Positions 58,583 through 64,000 of a stretch of DNA of 64,000 bases are shown piece after piece; the stretch's first letter is position 1; each line of letters begins with the position of its first letter. The stretch lies in the NCBI RefSeq assembly GCF_009914755.1, contig NC_060925.1. One strand, given 5' to 3'. Source of the stretch: the human T2T-CHM13v2.0 reference genome, Homo sapiens. A model generated the notes under the pieces. The model saw only the letters and a list, made by a program, of their open reading frames with translations. It was not told the origin of the DNA and did no database searches. The translations under genes were made by a program, and so were the position numbers.

Positions 58583-60658
58583 AACCCTCCTAAGATTTTG
58601 CTGTAGTTCTTCAGTTTGGCATTGTCTTTTTATGTGGTTTGGGAAATTATACCCTTTCTCAGGAATTGATTGTCATTTTTGATTTTCTATAAAGGAGTTT
58701 GACAGTTGAATGACTGCTGAACTTTTCTGAAATTCTGCCCTGTCACTTGTTCTCTTCTGCTGTAGTCCTTAGCTTTCCTAGATTGACACCATCAGCCACT
58801 GCAAAGGGATATGCTGATTTCCTTAATAGTCAGATTGGGATTTGACACGAAGGCTGCCATGGACGAGGGAGGATGGAAAGAAATGACCAGCAAGTTAAAA
58901 CAGCCACCATAATTGCATTTATTCCTGGGCTCTAGGTCAAACCAGAGTGGTTGGAGAGTGAAATACAGGGTTTGTTGGAAGTGCTGTAAGAGTGAATTAC
59001 AGTACACATAAATGGAGGGCTATAAACCTTCTGCAGACCTCAAAGCTAGCGATCGCCAATCATCTCAATCACAGTGCAGCAAATTTTGCCAATAATAGTG
59101 CACCCAGCAAGGGGACCATTTCCTTTGGAATGTTATACCTGCCGTCCACCCCAAACCCTCCTCTTCCCTCCCTCCCCATCCCGTAGTAACTAGTAGAGAG
59201 TTTCACATAAAATGTGACCTCAAAAGATGTGTGCTCTAATAAGTTTTACACCTTAAAGAAAGAATGACAACGCTTCTGGGAAAATGGGAGCATTTTCTCT
59301 GCCTTCTTCTTCTGGTTCATTCCCATCTTAGTCCAGCACTGGCACAGATATTCTTGTTTTTACTTTTTCCATGCCTGGGCTTTTTTTAGGACTCTCATGA
59401 CAGACTAAGTATTGTTTTCCCTTAGTTCTATTCTTGTTGACTTGCATATTGTCTAATGCAAACCTTATCCTCTTAGGACACCACAGTCTCTCTTCCTTCT
59501 CGCCCCCTCCAGCAGCCTTCCTTTTCTATATTTACACTTTCAATTTTGAGCAGTTTTCCTTTTCCTACCTTGTCACAGTCCTATGTAAAGACGCATCAAC
59601 TGTAGCATCTGTGTGTATGCCATTGTGAGGTTTTGAATTGCCTGGATTTTTCTCTGAGGATTAATAATTTTCTTAAGATTTTAGAATTTACAACATTTGT
59701 CTTCTTCACCATGATTTCATTTATTCCCACTCCCTTGCTTTGAATTAATCCTAATGGGTGTTTACTAATAGTTTGATACAACTGTGAAATAGAATGAAAA
59801 AGTTGGCTAAGTTATCTTCCCCTTAGGCAACACTTCTGCCACCCAAATACTTTCTTCCTAGGACAGTATTTGGTTAAAGGAGAAAAAGTACTATGGGAGA
59901 AATATCTGAAGTCTAGGATCCTGTTCATTTTGAAGACAGCTAATTTCAGATGAACATGGAATTTTCTATATTTTTCATACCTCAATCACAGCCTATATCA
60001 GGTTGTATGTCAATTATTAGAGCAAGGTTCTATCTTTCTGCATTAATGTGTACTTTAAGCACAGAAGTTTGCTCTTATTCATCTTTGTGTCTCTGGCACC
60101 TATGATAATGTCTGGCACATAGCAGCCCTGAATAAAGATTCTTGAAAGTATCTTTTATCATTTCACAGGAGTACCAAAGTTTTAATTTTCTCAGTAAATA
60201 TTATAAAAAATGTATACTATTCAGTTTAAAATCATACTTTGTTGATTTTCATTGTTGTGCAAAAATTAAAGCAACTATTCTACACATCCAAATGCCCTTT
60301 TAAATGGTGAATATGTTTTGCACAAGCACATATTAGAACATTCAATTATGCAAGCAACTTGAGAGAATGCATTTGAAAATATGAACGTATGTGATTTAAA
60401 AACAGAAAGGTAAAAATTAACTTCTCAAGTCTTCTAAGGAAACAAAGTATTTAAGAGATGGATTGTGAGTGTATGATAGCATATAAAGTGTTAAGAATAG
60501 TTCAGTCAAATCTTTAGATTCCTTACTGTCCTTACCCAAATTTCTATTACTCAATAAATGCCAAAAGCTTCAAAGCCAATATAGATGGATTAACTAGCTA
60601 TTCTGATTGTAACTAAGGGAAATAAGATGTCCAAATATATTTTTGTCCACTGATTCAC

Positions 60659-60895
60659 CTGGGATCGAGTGCGAGATGAAAAATGTGCAAAGTCTGCATA
60701 TCAAGCATAAGTGTAAAGATACTATCCTTGAAACACAGAGGTAGAAAACCTGAATAAGAACCCCAAATAGCATTTTCACGAAGACAACAAAAATGCTGCC
60801 GTATGAGGAGGAGGAATTCAAACTGAAATGAGCTGGCAGAGGAGCTATGCAATGGAAACTCCTCATCTGCTTCCTGGAAGAGATCTTCAGAAGCC
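60659..60895 (-). other. Candidate 237-nt internal exon of an unidentified transcript
   Basis: Acceptor gctttttctacctttttAG|G at 60896/60895 and donor CCAG|GTGAAT at 60659/60658. Length is divisible by 3 and two frames are open throughout. Confidence 0.4.
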
Positions 60896-61297
60896 CTAAA
60901 AAGGTAGAAAAAGCATCTTCTGTATAAATATGATTTAAAAAAGAGGGAGAAAAAATTTAGAAGCTATTTGTAGGTAGACATATATATCCAACTAGGGAAA
61001 AGAGGGGGATTCAAAGAATGAATTCTAGAGGAAGTGCTTTTGGAGAAGACTAAAAGATCTAGATGTCAGGGTACTCCTTTGTCTAGACCATGGTTCTATG
61101 GTCAGCTTCTTAACACATATTGCCTGAAGTAGTTCTCTCCAGGTCTTCCATGGTTTTACATCTTAACCAGGAAAATTCAGAAACAATCTAGTTCTTTATA
61201 TGTCTTTAGAGTTTTATTTACACAGTACTAAAAAGATCAAATGAAAAGCAAACCTGAATAATTTTCTCCAACTTGCTGATAATAAAGATGGACTTAG

Positions 61298-61620
61298 GGC
61301 CGAGCGTGGTGGCTCATGCCTGTAATCCTAGCACTTTGGGAGGCTGAGGTGGGCGGATCACTTGAGGTCAGGAGTTTGAGACCAGCCTGGCCAATATGGT
61401 GAAACCCTGTCTCTACTAAAAATTCAAAAATTAGCCTGGCATGGTGGTGGGCGCCTGTAGTCCTACCTACTCAAGAGGCTGAGGCAGGAGAATTGCTTGA
61501 GCCCAGGAGGTGGAGGTTGCAGCGAGCTGAGACTGTACCACTGCACTCCAGGCTGGACGACAGAGCAAGTCTCTGTCTCAATAAAATAAAGTAATAACAT
61601 AAAACAAAAATAAAATAAAA
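61298..61620 (+). mobile_element. Full-length AluS
   Basis: ggccgagcgtggtggctcatgcc...; (TAAAA)n tail; degenerate TSD aataaagatg. Confidence 0.95.
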
Positions 61621-61729
61621 TAAAGATGCATTAAGAATGAAACTAGATGGGTTATTTGGAGATCCTAAGGGTGGGAATGGGTTATGGAAGAGAATGGAAA
61701 GCATCTTCTTTCTATGGAGTCAGTGGGCC

Positions 61730-61930
61730 TTTATTCGTTCATTCAGCAAATATTCATTGAGAGGTTATTATAGGTTAAGTGTTGTGCTGGGTTCTAGGTA
61801 AGGAGTAGAGAATAAAACAGACAAGATCTCTGTCCCCATGACACTCATGGATTAGTAAAAGAGAAAAATCATTAGAAATAGTCACTGAATGAAGCTACAA
61901 TCACATTTACTAATAGAATCAAGAAAAAAA
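61730..61930 (-). mobile_element. L2 3' end
   Basis: attcgttcattcagcaaatattcattgag...gaataaaacagacaagatctctgtccccatg. Confidence 0.75.
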
Positions 61931-61984
61931 ATGTATCGAGAGAGAGACATGAAGGTGTCTGAGGAACCAAGAGAAGTGCTCTAG

Positions 61985-62110
61985 TTCCATTTTTGCTAGT
62001 TACTTGTGTTTTGATGATGGGAAAGTTACTGAATGCCGTTGAGCCTCAGTTTTCTCATCTGTAAAACAGAGATTAAAACAGCTACTTTATAATGTGTGAA
62101 TAAAATTAGA
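61985..62110 (+). mobile_element. MIR core
   Basis: gggaaagttactgaatgccgttgagcctcagttttctcatctgtaaaac. Confidence 0.75.
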
Positions 62111-64000
62111 GGAGAGGGGTAAAGGATCTGACAGAGACCTCCTTCGCATCTTATGAATAACTAAGATTTAACTAGAAGACTAGCTATGTTGCCAACTATC
62201 TAATCTATGTTTTCCTCTCTTCCCTAAGTAGCATAGCACCTGAAACAGACTAGATTGGTGTCAATTACTAACAGCTGACCTTCAAGTCAATTCTATTACC
62301 TTTTCCTGTGCTCTTATTCTAAAATCTGGTTTTGTCATGACCAATTAATCATGCATACAACTTCTATATCAAAATGTATCCCAAATCTCCTTGTAGTTAC
62401 TCTATTTTATCACCAGTAAACAATCCAGCCCTAATTTTTTGAAGTGGTAGAGCTAAGGAAGAACCTTAGCTCTATATTTGTACCACTGTTCTGATTACTC
62501 TGTCGGTGGCCTATGTATTTCATCTTTTAAACCACCTCAGGCACAGGAGGTTCATTCTTGGTGTTGGGCATTCTGAAAGACTGGGAGTCCAAGGCTGTCT
62601 GCCATAGAGAGGAGTGTTAATATTTCGGGCCTAACAATTAGCAAGGTGAGGTAAACATAACTGAACACTGCTTTGAAGATTCAGAGTCCTGCAGTGCCCT
62701 AGGGTCAACATGCTAATGAATTGATAATCCCTCGCACTAAGAGCTGAAAGTGAATGCGACAAAAACCCTGGACCATACCTCCAAAGCTGATTTCTTTACA
62801 ATGGAATCCTTATATGTTTTTATATTTAATGTTTTGCCTCTTTTTCTTAAAGGAATAAATTCTGGTTTATCAAGTGATCCAGAAAATTGAATTCTGATTA
62901 TTTCAAATTTTAAGAATGGACTTTGAATGAATCTTAGCATTTAACGTGAAAATTTTTGATATGTAGATACATTTTCTCCATCCATGCTTTAGGGACATAT
63001 TTTAATGGAAGACACTGTGGATTCAGAGTGGATTCTTCCTAACCTGGAAGTCATTCCTAGTTCAGGCAGTGCAATGTATAACCAGATTAGGGAAGCAATG
63101 ACTGCCAAATCTTATTACACATCATCCAAGAGGAGCTCTAAAAAACAATACTGCTTCCTGGGCTCTGTCTCAGATACACAGAATGAGAAATTCTAAGGGT
63201 TTCAAATTAAGGATTGAATAAAAAAACAAAAAAGGAGGGAAATTCTAGGGATATCAGGTTCAAATCTGTAATTAAAAAAAAAATTTCTCCAGGTGATTCT
63301 GGTTCATGAGGTTTGTGGATATGCCTTTCCAGCAGAAAGCAAGTGGATAGTGGCTGTGTGTGTTTTGTGTTAATGTGAATCCCTTTTTGCCCACAGGTAC
63401 ATTTCTGACAGTCATTACAAGTATAATCAGTGATTCTGCTGATTGCAGTGGTTCCTCTGTCTCTCTCTAGTTATGCCTCAGATGTGTTGTAATTCAAAAA
63501 TGAAGCTCTATTTCAAGTATTGGGAGGGAAGTTAACACTGCTTACTTATAAATATTCTTTTTTTTTTAGTAGTACTCTACTGAGAAAATACTGGAAATAG
63601 GGTGTGTATGTGTGTGTATTTGTGTGCATATGAGTGTGTGGTTTTTTTTTCCTGGAATAATAACGGCCTTGATGAGAAGCCCTTTCATTAGGATTATAGC
63701 ATAAGGGGCTATAGAAACATCCTTAGGTAAATTGTCATTTTGTAAGCTTCTCAGTTTGAATTATTCAGCTGTGGTTACTATGGAACCACGAGCCTTGTTC
63801 ACTTTGCAGAGGAAAAGTCTAATGGTCCCCCAGTGTCCCCAGACTGTGGAAGAGCTCATTAAGAGAAAAGTACTGCTCTCCCTGTTAAAGACACACAAAC
63901 CAAGCACAGAATGTCCACATCACGGTTTTAGGTGTACCTTCCATTCAGCAGACCTTGCACTTTCAGATGGGGGTTGTTCTTTGAAGTGTTAAGATGCCTC

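Overview
This is AT-rich primate (human-like) non-coding DNA dominated by interspersed repeats: Alu, L1PA/L1M, L2, MIR, L3, MaLR/ERVL LTRs and MER DNA transposons. I see no intact, recognisable protein-coding gene, RNA gene or CRISPR array, and most ORFs in the track derive from repeats. The main result is a full-length, decayed minus-strand L1PA4-like element (48876-55027). Its 14-bp target-site duplication also encloses 173 bp of non-L1 sequence at its 5' end (55028-55200). From memory I recognise this as spliced FHIT 5'-UTR exons 1(part)-2-3, joined to the L1 exactly at the end of exon 3. That makes it a spliced 5' transduction (FHIT-L1 chimeric retrocopy). The L1 keeps an open antisense ORF0, so its antisense promoter points through the FHIT-derived segment. 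Other notable structures are a 179-bp, 97%-identical inverted repeat (21860-22411), an L1 with two tandem 3' ends under one TSD pair (10499-11098), triple-nested MaLR LTRs, several small template-switch palindromes and two weak exon candidates. Repeat subfamily names and the FHIT match come from recalled consensus sequences, and the boundaries of old repeats are approximate.
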